Source: Macrostomum lignano | Lineage: Eukaryota | Assembly (NCBI GenBank): GCA_002269645.1 | Contig: NIVC01000892.1 | Coordinates: 248,001 to 312,000 of the forward strand | Length of the DNA stretch: 64,000 nucleotides | Direction of reading: 5' to 3' | Part shown: piece after piece, positions 35,213 to 47,110 of the stretch | Position numbering within the stretch: position 1 is the first letter of the stretch | Layout: each line of letters opens with the position of its first letter | The notes under the pieces: generated by a model | What the model saw: only the letters and a program-made list of their open reading frames with translations | Told to the model about the DNA's origin: nothing | The model's database searches: none | Translations under genes and position numbers: made by a program

Positions 35213-36729
35213 TCAAAATGTTTTGAGCACTTTCTGGCCCTGACCACGTCGGATGTCACTTTGCAGCGCGTTGACCCGCTGGTGCTGCTGGATGGCGCCG
35301 TCCAGTTCCTGGAGCTCGCTTTTCAGGCTCTCATTTAGCCGGTTCACGTCCTGCACCGGAGCTGCGGGGTAGTGGGGAATATGGACAGTTTAGTCTGTGC
35401 GCATTTAAGATGAGTTTCCCCTTTTGACTGGCGCCATTTCCCTCTTGACTGGATGCCATTTCCCTCCTGACTGGGCGCCATGTCCCTCTTGACTGGGCGC
35501 CATGTCCCTCTTGACTGGGCGCCATTTCTCTCTTGACTGAGCGCTATTTTTCCTTTGGGTGCTATTTCTCCTTTAACTGGGCGCCATTCTGCTTTTGACT
35601 TGGCACCATTTCCCTCTTGACTGGGCGCTATTTCCCCTTTGGGTGCTATTTATCCTTTGACTTGGCGCCATTTCCCTCTTGACTGGGTGCCATTCCCTCT
35701 TGACTTGACGCCATTTCCGCTTTTGACTTGGCGCCATTTCCCTCTTGCCTGGGCGCCATTTCCTCTTGACGCCATTTCCCTCTTGCCTCGGCGCCATTTC
35801 CTCTTGACTGGGCGCCATTTCCCTCTTGACTGGGTGCTATTTCCCCTTTGACTGGGTGCTATTTTCCCGTTGATTGGGTGATATTTCCCCTTTGACTGGG
35901 TGCTATTTCTCCTTTGACTGGGTGCTATTTCCCCTTTGACTGGGTGCTATTTCCCTTTGACTGGGTGCTATTTTCCCTTTGACTGGGTGCTATTTTCCTT
36001 TGACTGGGTGCTATTTCTCCTTTGACTGGGTGCTATTTCCCTTTGACTGGGTGCTACTTCCCTTTGACTGGGTGCTATTTTCCCTTTGACTGGGTGCTAT
36101 TTCCCTTTGACTGGGTGCTATTTTCCCTTTGACTGGGTGCTATTTTCCCTTTGACTGGGTGCTATTTTCCCTTTGACTGGGTGCTATTTTCCCTGTTGAC
36201 TGGGTGCCATTTCTCTCCTGACTGGACGCCATTTCCTCTTTGCTACAAAGGCCCCCATTTCCTAGAATCAGTTTTATGGAACTGCATGCACTAGAAATAC
36301 ATAATGTATCTGCCGGCTTCCTCACCAGCCTGAGCTGCTGGGCCAGCCCTTCTACGCGACTCGCCAGCAGCAGCAGCAGCCGGTCCCACAGTTCGGCCAT
36401 TCGAGTTGGTGCCGTGAGCAGCGGCGGCCGCCTGTCTGAATCGGCCCCTGTAGGTGGCCTCCCCGGTTTCGGGATGTAGAGTGGAAATTCCGGGGCTACT
36501 GCGTGGTGGTGGGGCTGCTGGGTCTGCATCATCGCTGGAGCCTGCGCCGGAACTTGAGCAGCATAGTAAACTGGATGACTTTGCGGAGTGTTGTAATTAC
36601 TGTAGGCCACATTCTGCTGCGCATCAGACGATGGTGAATAGTATTGAATTGGTTGTTGTTGTTGTTGCTGCTGCTGCTGATGGCCAGGGATTTGTCGTTG
36701 AGATGGCGGCGTTGGAAATGCGCGCTTGC

Positions 36730-36761
<32 letters not shown>

Positions 36762-39700
36762 TGCACTGCTAGTGGCGACACTCGCTGACGCTGCTGTTGC
36801 GGCTCCAGCGGAATTGGAGGCAGCACTGTGTCCGCGGTTGATGCAACTGCCGAGCCAGATGTTGAAGCTTGCGGCTGCTGCTGCGGACGGCCCTGCTGCT
36901 GATGGGTGGTGGAAGCCCGACTGTCTGGATTCGACACAACGTACAGCGGCTTTTGTTGCTGCTGCTGCTGCTGTTGCTGTTGCTGCTGACGCTGGATTCG
37001 CTGAAGCCGTTCAGCGAGTCGTCTGTTTTCTCTGGCCAGCAGATCCTGCGAAGTGTTACATATGCAGGCGTGTACACTCTCTTTGCGCCTCGTGGGTTGG
37101 CTCTCGTGACTCGCACACAAAGCCCCAAATGAATGTGGCCGCGCACGGCATTGAACCAGGGGCTTGTGGCTGAACTCATTGGCAGTTGAGCGACCGACAG
37201 CTCAGCCGCAGCTATTGCGCGGCGCATCCGAAGGCTGCGTACGGCTGTTCAGTCCAAGGACTGGGGGGTCGCCACACACACCCTCAATTAGGCCAGCTAA
37301 TGCTGGCACCCATTTTACAGCTGTGTGAACTGAAGCAATGCTCAAGGACATAAATTGTTCCGAGTGGGATCGGGAATCGAACCCCTGACCTTCAATCGTT
37401 TGTCCGACGCTCTAACGACTGGGCTACAACCCATTTTCGAAATATCGTATCAAATTAAGCCAGAAGACTTCACACACAACTGCAGAAAATATTTCACCTG
37501 CTCTCGCAGCCGATCGCCTTGGTTTTTCACCAGGCCGAGGTTCTCAGTGCGCAGGGACTCGTTCTCCTGCATGTACTCTTGCAGCATCTCGTAGAGGCTC
37601 TGGTAGCTGCCCTTCGACACTGGCCTCTGCTGCTGCTGCGACGGCGCTGCGGGCTTGACTGTTGAAGTCGCCGACTGCGGCGGCAGCGGCGGGAGAGACG
37701 CCGACGCGGCCGATTCCGACGCCGTCTTCAGGCGGTCCCGAAGGCCGGAATTCTCCGACTTCAGAGCGTCGACTTCGGAGCGCAGCGAATCGACTAAGCG
37801 CTCGAGCTCCTGGCGCTTCTCGTCCACGGCTGGAGCTGCGATCTCTCTGGCGACCACCGAGGCATTGACAGCTGGCGGCTTCTTCAGCTGGTCACCGTTC
37901 TGGCGATGCGATGCCGACGACGGCAGCTCAGCAGAGTTGCTGCTGGCGATCTGCAAGGGTGGGGAGTGGAACTCGGGTGTTGGTTGGACAGGGACAGGTC
38001 CTGCCGATCTCTAGCTAATGGAAATATAACAGGCTTTGAATATTTTGCCAGAGAAGCGCCCCCCTCTGTAGCTGGCGGCCCCCTCTGTAGCTGGCGCCCC
38101 CCTCTGTAAATGGCGCCCCCATCTGTAGCTGGCGCCCCCCTCTGTAGCTGGCGGCCCCCTCTGTAGCTGGCGCCTTCCTCTGTAGATGGCGCCCCCCTCG
38201 ATCTGTAGCTGGCGCCCCCCCCATTGTAGCTGGCGCCCCCCTCTGTAGCTGGCGCTCCCTCTGTAGCTGGCGCTCCCCTTCTATAGCTGGCGCCCCCTCT
38301 GTAGCTGGCGGCCCCCTCTGTAGCTGGCGCCCCCCTCTGTAGCTGGCGCTCCCTCTGTAGCTGGCGCCCCCCTCTGTAGCTGGCGCCCCCCTCCGTAGCT
38401 GGCGCCCCCCTCTGTAGCTGGCGCCCCCCTCTGTAGCTGGTGCCTCCCTCTGTAGCTGGCGCCCCCCTCTGTAGCTGGCGCCCCCATCTGTAGCTGGCGC
38501 CCCCCTCTGTAGCTGGCGGCCCCCTCTGTAGCTGGCGCCTTCCTCTGTAGATGGCGCCCCTCTCGATCTGTAGCTGGCGCCCCCCCCCCCCCCCCCCCTG
38601 TAGCTGGCGCCCCCCTCTGTAGCTGGCGCTCCCTCTGTAGCTGGCGCTCCCCTTCTATAGCTGGCGCCCCCCTCTGTAGCTGGCGCCCCCCACTGTAGCT
38701 GGCGCCCCCCTCTGTAGCTGGCGCCTCCCTCTGTAGCTGGCGCCCCCCCCCCTTTGTAGCTGGCGCCGCCTCTGTAGATGGCCCCCCATGTAGCTGGCGC
38801 TCCCCTTCTGTAGCTGGCGTCTCCTTCTGTAGCTGGCACCCCCTCTTTAGATGGCGCCCCCTCTGTAGATGGCGCCCCCATGTAGCTGTCGGCCCCTCTG
38901 TAGCTGGCGCCCCCCCCCCTCTGTAGATGGCGCCCCCCTCTGTAGCTGGCGCCCCCCACTGTAGCTGGCGCCCCCTCTGTAGCTGGCGCCCCCTATGTAG
39001 CTGGCGCCCCCCCCTTTGTAGCTGGCGCCGCCTCTGTAGATGGCTCCCCCCCCATGTAGCTGGCGCTCCCCTTCTGTAGCTGGCACCCCCTCTTTAGATG
39101 GCGCCCCCCTCTGTAGATGGCGCCCCCATGTAGCTGTCGGCCCCTCTGTAGCTGGCGCCCCCTCTGTAGCTGGCGCCCCCCCACTGTAGCTGGCGCCCCC
39201 TCTGTAGCTGGCGCCTCCCTCTGTAGCTGGCGCCCCCCCCTTTGTAGCTGGCGCCGCCTCTGTAGATGGCCCCCCCCCCATGTAGCTGGCGCTCCCCTTC
39301 TGTAGCTGGCGTCCCCTTCTGTAGCTGGCACCCCCTCTTTAGATGGCGTCCCCCTCTGTAGATGGCGCCCCCATGTAGCTGTCGGCCCCTCTGTAGCTGG
39401 CGCCCCCCCTCTGTAGATGGCGCCCCCCTCTGTAGCTGGCGCCCCCCACTGTAGCTGGCGCCCCCCTCTGTAGCTGGCGCCCCCCTATGTAGCCGGCGCC
39501 CCCCCCCCTTTGTAGCTGGCGCCGCCTCTGTAGATGCTCCTCCCCATGTAGCTGGCGCTCCCCTTCTGTAGCTGGCACCCCCTCTTTAGATGGCGCCCCC
39601 CTCTGTAGATGGCGCCCCCATGTAGCTGTCGGCCCCTCTGTAGCTGGCGCCCCCCTCTGTAGATGGCGCCCCCTCTGTAGCTGGCGCCCCCTCTGTAACT

Positions 39701-42700
39701 GGCGCCCCCTCTGTAGCTGGCGCCCCAAAAAGAATCTGTACAATGTAAAAGAGCGTCGTGTCCTTTTAAAGTGCCAAGATAACTGACAGATAAAAAGCAT
39801 CACCATGAGGGAGGCGCCATTGGCTGCCAGAGTGCCGGCCAGCAGCCGCGTCAGCTCCTCATCAACGACAGGATTTGATCCGCCGCCGCCGCCGCCGCCG
39901 CGAGCAGCCAGGGCTGACAGGCCCCTGCTGAGGGCCTGCAGGTTGGCAGTCGTTTGGCCATCGTCTGCTGCTGAGGGGAATTGAGAAGTAAGAGCTGTTA
40001 ACTATACAGCTCTTCTATTGGCAATTAAATCCGGCTTGTATCAGTTCGGATAGTGCATTTAATGAATTCTAGATTTTGATCTGAGTTCTATCTTGAGTTC
40101 TATCTTGAGTTCTATCTTGAGTTCTATCTTGAGTTATATTCTGAGTTCTATCTTGAGTTCTATCTTGAGTTCTATTCTGAGTTCTATCTTGAGTTCTACA
40201 TGTATCTTGAGTTCTATTCTGAGTTCTATCTTGTGTTCTATCTTGAGTTCTATTCTGAGTTCTATCTTGAGTTCTATTCTGAGTTCTATCTTGAGTTCTA
40301 CATGTATCTTGAGTTCTATCTTGAGTTCTATCGTGAGTTCTATCTTGACTTTCATTTGGAGTTCAATTTGGAGTTCGATCTTGAGTTCCATCTGAAACTC
40401 TGTCGTGAGTTCTATTGGGAGTTCTATCCACATGTAGGGTTCCATGTTGAGTTATATCTATACAGTTTTATCTTGAGTTATATCTGGCATTCTAAATTAT
40501 GTTTCAATTCCTAATGAGTATAATACCAAGAAATAGAAAAAATATTTTAAAATATGATACCATAAAATTGCACTAATTGTGAAGTTCGTAAAATTTTCAA
40601 TGGCATTCAAATTACTATCATTGAAACAAATAGTTTCAACTTTTTTATTACACGTGTCTCATTTAGGCCAGATGTGCAACCGACAGCTCAGCCGCAGCTA
40701 TTGCGCGGCGCATCTGAAGACTGCGTACGGCTGTTCAGTCCAGACTGGGCCGGGGTCGCCACACACACCCTCAATTACCCCAGCTAATGCTGGCACCCAT
40801 TTTACAGCTGGGTGAACTGAAGCAGTGCACAGAGTTAGGTGTCTTGCTCAAGGACACAAATTGTTCCTCGAGAGGGATCGGGAATCGAACCCCCGACCTT
40901 CAAGTCGTGAGTCCAATGCTCTAACCACTGGGCTACAACCCTCTCTTCTACTGCTGAGCATCCATGACTTAATTAAGTGTTAAACCAACTTTAACTCATA
41001 GCAAAGTGAATAAGTACAACTGAAGGAATGAGCAGTTGAAGGAAAAAATTTGCATGTGAAATTTCATTATTAGTTGGCTCTTATAAATTACTCGCAGAGA
41101 AAATTGAGAAGAAAATTTGCATCCCATTGGGCACTGAGAACTGAGAGTTTAAAATCTCAAGTGATCAGTGTGCTTAAAGGACAGGCATGTACTTTTTATT
41201 CGGGATTTTCAGCTCATTTACAGTCTGCTACAAGCGTACTTTTTTATCCCAGGGCCTAAACCGTAGACAAATTGTTTTGTAAAGTTTTGTGCAGCCACTC
41301 GGCTTAACTTCGCAAATATTCCTTTTTACGTTCTATTTGATAAAAACTGCAACCAATTTGGCCACGGCTCAGCCTGACGCAGCCGCAGCAATTTTCCATA
41401 GACAGCCACCGCTAGCGGCAACCAATTTGGTAAAAACTGCGAGCTATTTTGCCAGCTTGAAGATAGCAGCTCAATAGCATAACAATAACGATAAAGAATG
41501 TTAACAATACATGCACGAAGTCAGAACATTATGTCCTCAGCATTCAAGCACCGATTGAAGTACGTCTGGGAATGGTTGATCCAGCGCAGGCACTTGAGAG
41601 GCGTGATGCAGTTCAGTGCTTGCTGCACTTCTCTCTTCAGAATGCGCATCCTGTGCTGATGCAGTGTCGCACCTGCTGCAGCAGCCAGTCCAGTATCTGC
41701 CACCTCGAGCTGAATGGCAGGTGATTGCAATTGCGTTTTCAGCTTGGCCTTCAGCGCTGAGCCTGCGTACTCCGCCGGGTTGATGAACGGCGAGTATGGA
41801 GGCAGGAATCGGTGAGCATGACCTTCAGACATCCCAGGGACACCTAGGTGAGCGCGAGCCCCATCGGACAGTAGCACAAACTCCTCTTCCATCAGAACAT
41901 CGATCTCAGAGAGGAATTCCATGAAGTGCTCGTTCTTAAAGCCTCCTTCGACGAGAGTGCTGTGAATCAGGCCGAGTTGCGAGATGGCCAGGCAGATGGT
42001 GAGATTCTGCCCACGCTGTCCGCTGACGACAGTCACAGCTGTGAGCCCCTTCGCTGAGCGGCCTTGAGTCCTCACCGTCCAGATGTTCACCCCAAACTCG
42101 TCCATGAAGATGGTGTTCACCTGGCTTCCCTCGTCCAGCATCCATTCAACGTGCATCCTTCGCGCCTCCTTTGTAACAGGCATGTTCCAGTTCACAGGTA
42201 CCTGGCGCAGTAACTTCAGGGTGATGAGGCGACCATCCAGAGCACGACTGATAGTGGTCAGACTCACGTTGGCAACGTCATTGTGTTGGTGCAGCAAGTG
42301 CTCTCTCATTTGTTGCAGCGTCGCAGTAGGTTGACCTTCGACGAATTGAACAATGGTGTCCACCATAGCCTCCGTCAGCGCCATCCTCTTCACTCCTCCT
42401 TTTGGCAGAGTGCCAACTCTACCAGTTCATTCATACGTGGTCACGATGTTCCTCACTGTCGGTTTCTTCATCCCCATCATTCTGCCAAGCTCTCCCCAGT
42501 CGTCGCCACTCCTGTACGCTCTCACGATTCGCTCTCGATCCAGCTGACTTATCTTTTGGTACGGCCCACGATTCGCCATCAGAGCAGCTGCTATCTTCAA
42601 GCTGGCAAAATAGCTCGCAGTTTTTACCAAATTGGTTGCCGCTAGCGGTGGCTGTCTATGGAAAATTCTATGTCTATGGTCAGGCTGAGCCGTGGCCAAA

Positions 42701-43948
42701 TTGGTTGCAGTTTTTATCAAATAGAACGTAAAAAGGTATATTTTCAACATTTTTAGTTGTCCTTGACTGGATCAGGGAAGCCTCTATGGTCGCTGCGCTC
42801 CCCAGGAAGGGACACTCACCGGGAGCGCAGCGACCATAGAGGCTTCCTGGACTGGATCCTTACCATAGAAATTTGAGGGGATGTCCTTGCCACTTCTCGA
42901 GTCAACAAACGACAGTCGGCCCTGACGGGTGAGAAATCTGCGCCGGCCGCTGCCGTCTGGACTGGGCTGGCTGCTGTCCATCAGCATGAGGAACAGGCTG
43001 TTGCGGTCACCGGCTGTCGGGCTGGAGGCCAGGCCTGTGGACAGGTTGAGGTCGGGTTGCGTTGAGTCTTTGAGTAGCTTCAGGATTGGTGAGCTTCAAG
43101 CTTCAGGATTGGTGAGCTTCAAGCTTCAGGATTGGTGAGCTTCAAGCTTCAGGATTGGTGAGCTTCAAGCTTCAGGATCAGTGAGCTTCAAGCTTCAGGA
43201 TCAGTGAGCTTCAAGCTTCAGGATCAGTGAGCTTCAAGCTTCAGGATCAGTGAGCTTCAAGCTTCAGGATCGGTGAGCTTCAAGCTTCAGGATCGGTGAG
43301 CTTCAAGCTTCAGGATCGGTGAGCTTCAAGCTTCAGGATCGGTGAGCTTCAAGCTTCAGGATCAGTGAGCTTCAAGCTTCAGGATCGGTGAGCTTCAAGC
43401 TTCAGGATCAAAGGATCAGGACCTAAAAAAATCAGATTTTACGAACCTTCGTCCAAAGTTGCTGGCGCCTCAATCCTGTCAACGCTCCAGCGAAACGGCC
43501 CCAACAAATGGCCAGAGTCCAGTCGCAAATAGCCAGCGTGAACCTCCTTGGGCACGGCTGGCGAGATGCCGGGCTGTCCCAGTGCCGGCTGCAACGGCGC
43601 AGGAGGTGCAGGAGGAGGCGGCGGCGGCGGAGGAGGCTGCGCAGCAGGCTGATGAGGCAAAAGGTTTGCCAGCTGGTTGCCACCCTTACGGATGGAAAAA
43701 TTTTGACCGCTCTCCGTTACGGCAGGAGCTGCTGTTGTTGATGCCGCTGCTGCCGGACCGTCTTGAACAGCTGACCGTCTGGCTGAGAAGCTTTGAGACG
43801 GTTCTAAACTGTCTCGAAATTTTGGCGTCTCAGCGTCTTCTTCAGCCTCATCATCGTAGCTGGCCCATCTATTAGAGTCTGACGGAGGCTGACGGACCAG
43901 TCGAGAGCCGAGCCGCTCAACAAATTGTTCTTCTGGGTCTTCTTCGCG

Positions 43949-44034
<86 letters not shown>

Positions 44035-44281
44035 GCTGCTGCTGCTGCTGCTGTTGCTCCCTCTGAGTGAGAAACATTCGATAGGACTCGTTCTCAGCAT
44101 CACCCGATGCACGAATCGATTGTCTCGACTGCTGCTGCTCAGCCTTCTCCTCTTCATCAATGACATCGTCCTCTTCAAGGCCCTCCCAGCGACCGGGGTC
44201 AGCAGCAATGCTGATCCTGTTGTCGGCCGCGGTGGACAAGAAGTCGCCGCTGAGAGCGGCGCCATCATCGGCGGCTTGCAT
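35213..44281 (-). CDS. Uncharacterised polyQ/polyP-rich coiled-coil protein, at least 6 exons
   Basis: Phase-consistent exons 44281-43447, 43034-42864, 39970-39804, 37950-37498, 37045-36326, 35350-35213; a possible alternative last exon 34693-34545 via a GTCAGG donor. Heptad segments include ELERLVDSLRSEVDALKSEN and LYEMLQEYMQENESLRTENL. Some donors are weak (GTTCGT, GTGATG). Confidence 0.72.
35419..36240. repeat. 21/22-bp minisatellite (TTTCCCCTTTGACTGGGTGCTA)n with a GGCGCCA variant block
   Basis: Intronic; the unit type changes along the array. Confidence 0.95.
37178..37432 (-). mobile_element. CORE-like SINE with internal deletion
   Basis: Colinear with the full copies. Confidence 0.9.
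38056..39726. repeat. About 20-bp GC-rich minisatellite (CTCTGTAGCTGGCGCCCCCC)n with higher-order blocks
   Basis: Intronic; C-runs of variable length. Confidence 0.96.
40077..40395. repeat. 12-bp minisatellite (TCTTGAGTTCTA)n
   Basis: Read directly. Confidence 0.95.
40662..40941 (-). mobile_element. Full-length CORE-like SINE
   Basis: Reverse complement starts GGGTTGTAGCCCAGTGGTTAGAGC...GGTTCGATTCCC (A and B boxes). Confidence 0.93.
41319..42738 (-). mobile_element. IS630/Tc1/mariner-type DNA transposon with about 150-bp TIRs
   Basis: TIRs 41321-41470 and 42587-42736 identical except a central patch of about 12 nt; TA-flanked; encodes a transposase. Confidence 0.93.
41521..42579 (-). pseudogene. 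DDE transposase (DD30E), interrupted by one in-frame TGA at 42427-42429
   Basis: N-terminal HTH (ISQLDRERIVRAY...TVRNIV), FMDEFG, LSDGARAH, FLPPYSPFINPAE; the frame continues unchanged across the stop (TTYE*TGRVG). Confidence 0.88.
43078..43409. repeat. 23-bp minisatellite (GCTTCAGGATCGGTGAGCTTCAA)n
   Basis: About 14 units in intron 1 of the coiled-coil gene. Confidence 0.95.
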
Positions 44282-44954
44282 GGTTCAGCTGTCTGTCTGT
44301 TTAGTTGGACTCAGGCTACAGTTTTCTGTCGTTCTTGCTAGGAGAGTGTGGAATATTGCGATGAGCTAGCTCAGTTGCCAGGAAGCGATCAGAGCCAGTT
44401 GGGGGGGCAGTGTGCAGTGCTCAGTGCTCAGTGTTCGCAGTGCTGATGGGGAGAGGAGATTGAAGAGAACTGAGTGCACACAATAGCCGCTGTGCCTTGC
44501 TGTAAGAGAGTTTGCTTTTGGATAGTGCCCCGTTGGTTCTTTTCCTACCTTCTCTTCTGGGCGCCTTTTTAGACTCTGGCTGTAGACGCAGGTAAGAATG
44601 AGCGCTTTTTTGCTGTCCCTGTCTATCTTCTTTTATGGCTTGGTCAATGCAGCTAGGTGCACAGTCGTTGTCTGAAAAGCTATAAACCCGTGTTTAAACC
44701 TTTCCAATCTCTATGTAAGCTCTCACCTGCCCCGTGTCTCTCTCTATTCATTTCTGAGCCGTATGCACAAATATCTGTCTGTCATGGTGCACGATTGCCG
44801 AGATAGACTTCAAAACCAATTCCTTTCTCGAATGAGCGTGTGATTGAGCTGTTTTTTCTCTGGTTGCTAGGAGAGGGGCAGCATCAACGGTTAATGCTGC
44901 TCTTTTTAATTGCGGTCCGAGAATTCAGACTGGGATTCTTACATCCCAGTCCTC

Positions 44955-46358
44955 CTTCAACTGGGGTCCTTCTGTTTTCAACTGGGGTCCTTCTGTCTTC
45001 AACTGGGGTCCGTCTGTCGTCAACTGGGGTCCTTCTGTCTTCAACTGGGGTCCTTCTGTCTTTAACTGGGGTCCTTCTGTTTTCAACTGGGGTCCTTCTG
45101 TTTTCAACTGGGGTCCTTCTGTTTTCAACTGGGGTCCTTCTGTTTTCAACTGGGGTCCTTCTGTCTTCAACTGGGGTCCTTCTGTTTTCAACTGGGGTCC
45201 TTCTGTCTTCAACTGGGGTCCTTCTGTCTTCAACTGGGGTCCTTCTGTCTTTAACTGGGGTCCTTCTGTCTTCAACTGGGGTCCTTCTGTTTTCAACTGG
45301 GGTCCTTCTGTTTTCAACTGGGGTCCTTCTGTTTTCAACTGGGGTCCTTCTGTCTTCAACTGGGGTCCTTCTGTCTTTAACTGGGGTCCTTCTGTCTTCA
45401 ACTGGGGTCATTCTGTCTTCAACTGGGGTCCTTCTGTCTTCAACTGGGGTCTTTCTGTCTTCAACTGGGGTCCTTCTGTCTTCAACTGGGGTCCGTCTGT
45501 CTTTAACTGGGGTCCTTCTGTCTTCAACTGGGGTCCTTCTGTCTTCAACTGGGGTCCGTCTGTCTTCAACTGGGATCCTTCTGTTTTCAACTGGGGTCCT
45601 TCTGTTTTCAACTGGGGTCCTTCTGTTTTCAACTGGGGTCCTTCTGTCTTTAACTGGGGTCCTTCTGTCTTCAACTGGGGTCCTTCTGTCTTCAACTGGG
45701 ATCCTTCTGTCTTTAACTGGGGTCCTTCTGTTTTCAACTGGGGTCCTTCTGTTTTCAACTGGGGTCCTTCTGTCTTCAACTGGGGTCCTTCTGTCTTTAA
45801 CTGGGGTCCTTCTGTCTTCAACTGGGGTCATTCTGTCTTCAACTGGGGTCCTTCTGTCTTCAACTGGGGTCCTTCTGTTTTCAACTGGGGTCCTTCTGTT
45901 TTCAACTGGGGTCCTTCTGTTTTCAACTGGGGTCCTTCTGTTTTCAACTGGGGTCCTTCTGTTTTCAACTGGGGTCCTTCTGTTTTCAACTGGGGTCCTT
46001 CTGTTTTCAACTGGGGTCATTCTGTCTTCAACTGGGGTCCTTCTGTCTTCAACTGGGATCCTTCTGTCTTCAACTGGGGTCCGTCTGTCTTCAACTGGGG
46101 TCCTTCTGTCTTCAACTGGGGTCCTTCTGTCTTCAACTGGGGTCCTTCTGTTTTCAACTGGGGTCCTTCTGTCTTCAACTGGGGTCCTTCTGTCTTCAAC
46201 TGGGGTCCTTCTGTCTTCAACTGGGGTCCTTCTGTCTTCAACTGGGGTCCTTCTGTCTTCAACTGGGGTCCTTCTGTCTTCAACTGGGATCCTTCTGTCT
46301 TCAACTGGGGTCCGTCTGTCTTCAACTGGGGTCCGTCTGTCTTCAACTGGGGTCCTTC
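44955..46358. repeat. 21-bp minisatellite (CTTCAACTGGGGTCCTTCTGT)n
   Basis: About 67 units; source of the spurious 540-aa and 378-aa ORFs. Confidence 0.97.
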
Positions 46359-47110
46359 TACCATTTGTGTTCCTTCTGTTTTTTGCATTCCGTCATCCAT
46401 CCGGTGCATTGCTTGGAAAATCATACTCACAGAATATTTTCCAGAAAAAAATCAGCAATTAGAAAAGTAATTAAGAAAAATTAGAAATGTTATTTGTCCA
46501 TGGATGCGTGATCATTAGTTCGGAAATTCTTGAAACTCGCCTATTGGAAAGGCTTGATGTATGGCTACTACTATTGACAGAAATTAGCCGTCTGTATGGA
46601 CTAATTAGTCTTCCTTGAAATCATCGCCAGCTACTCACAATTATATCCCATGACAGCTAATGAGGTCTCTTTACTAGGTAGCGTGACAGGGACGGACATT
46701 ACCGGAGCAATTCTTATTGGTAATAATGATGATACTGGGATGGCGACAGATGAGGCAGGCTGCTGGGAATCTGAATGTATCGGAATGTATCTGTTTTGGT
46801 CTCCATCTTTCTAACAAACTTAGTTTCCTTCTCACGTGATTTAAAGCCGTTTTACTTTCGGAACGACACTTGACCGCCTCCTGTTAGGGCTGCTTCACGC
46901 CTCTATGAAATGTCACATTAATGTTACAAAAGTTCAATAAATTACTTCAGTCAAGGCGCACGCACTCAGCAGGGCTTTTTGAACAGTCAAACCGCATTCG
47001 CTTCAACCTCAGAGCCAATCAGAGGCCAGCAAGCAGCGACCGACTGTTCGATAAGGCAGCTCTGCCAGCCTGTGAGCAGCTCGCACAGACCGGGTGAGTC
47101 AGTTCAAGCC

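Noticed and set aside
38015-39806. Gly/Arg-rich ORFs
   Set aside because: Translations of the GC-rich minisatellite with frequent frame changes
43423-43446. 24-nt micro-intron GTTCGT...TTTTAG
   Set aside because: Using it would place the 23-bp repeat in the exon and hit a TGA; the acceptor at 43035 gives a clean frame
44840-46462. 540-aa hydrophobic ORF and antisense ORFs
   Set aside because: Products of the 21-bp repeat; TTG/GTG starts and no unique domain
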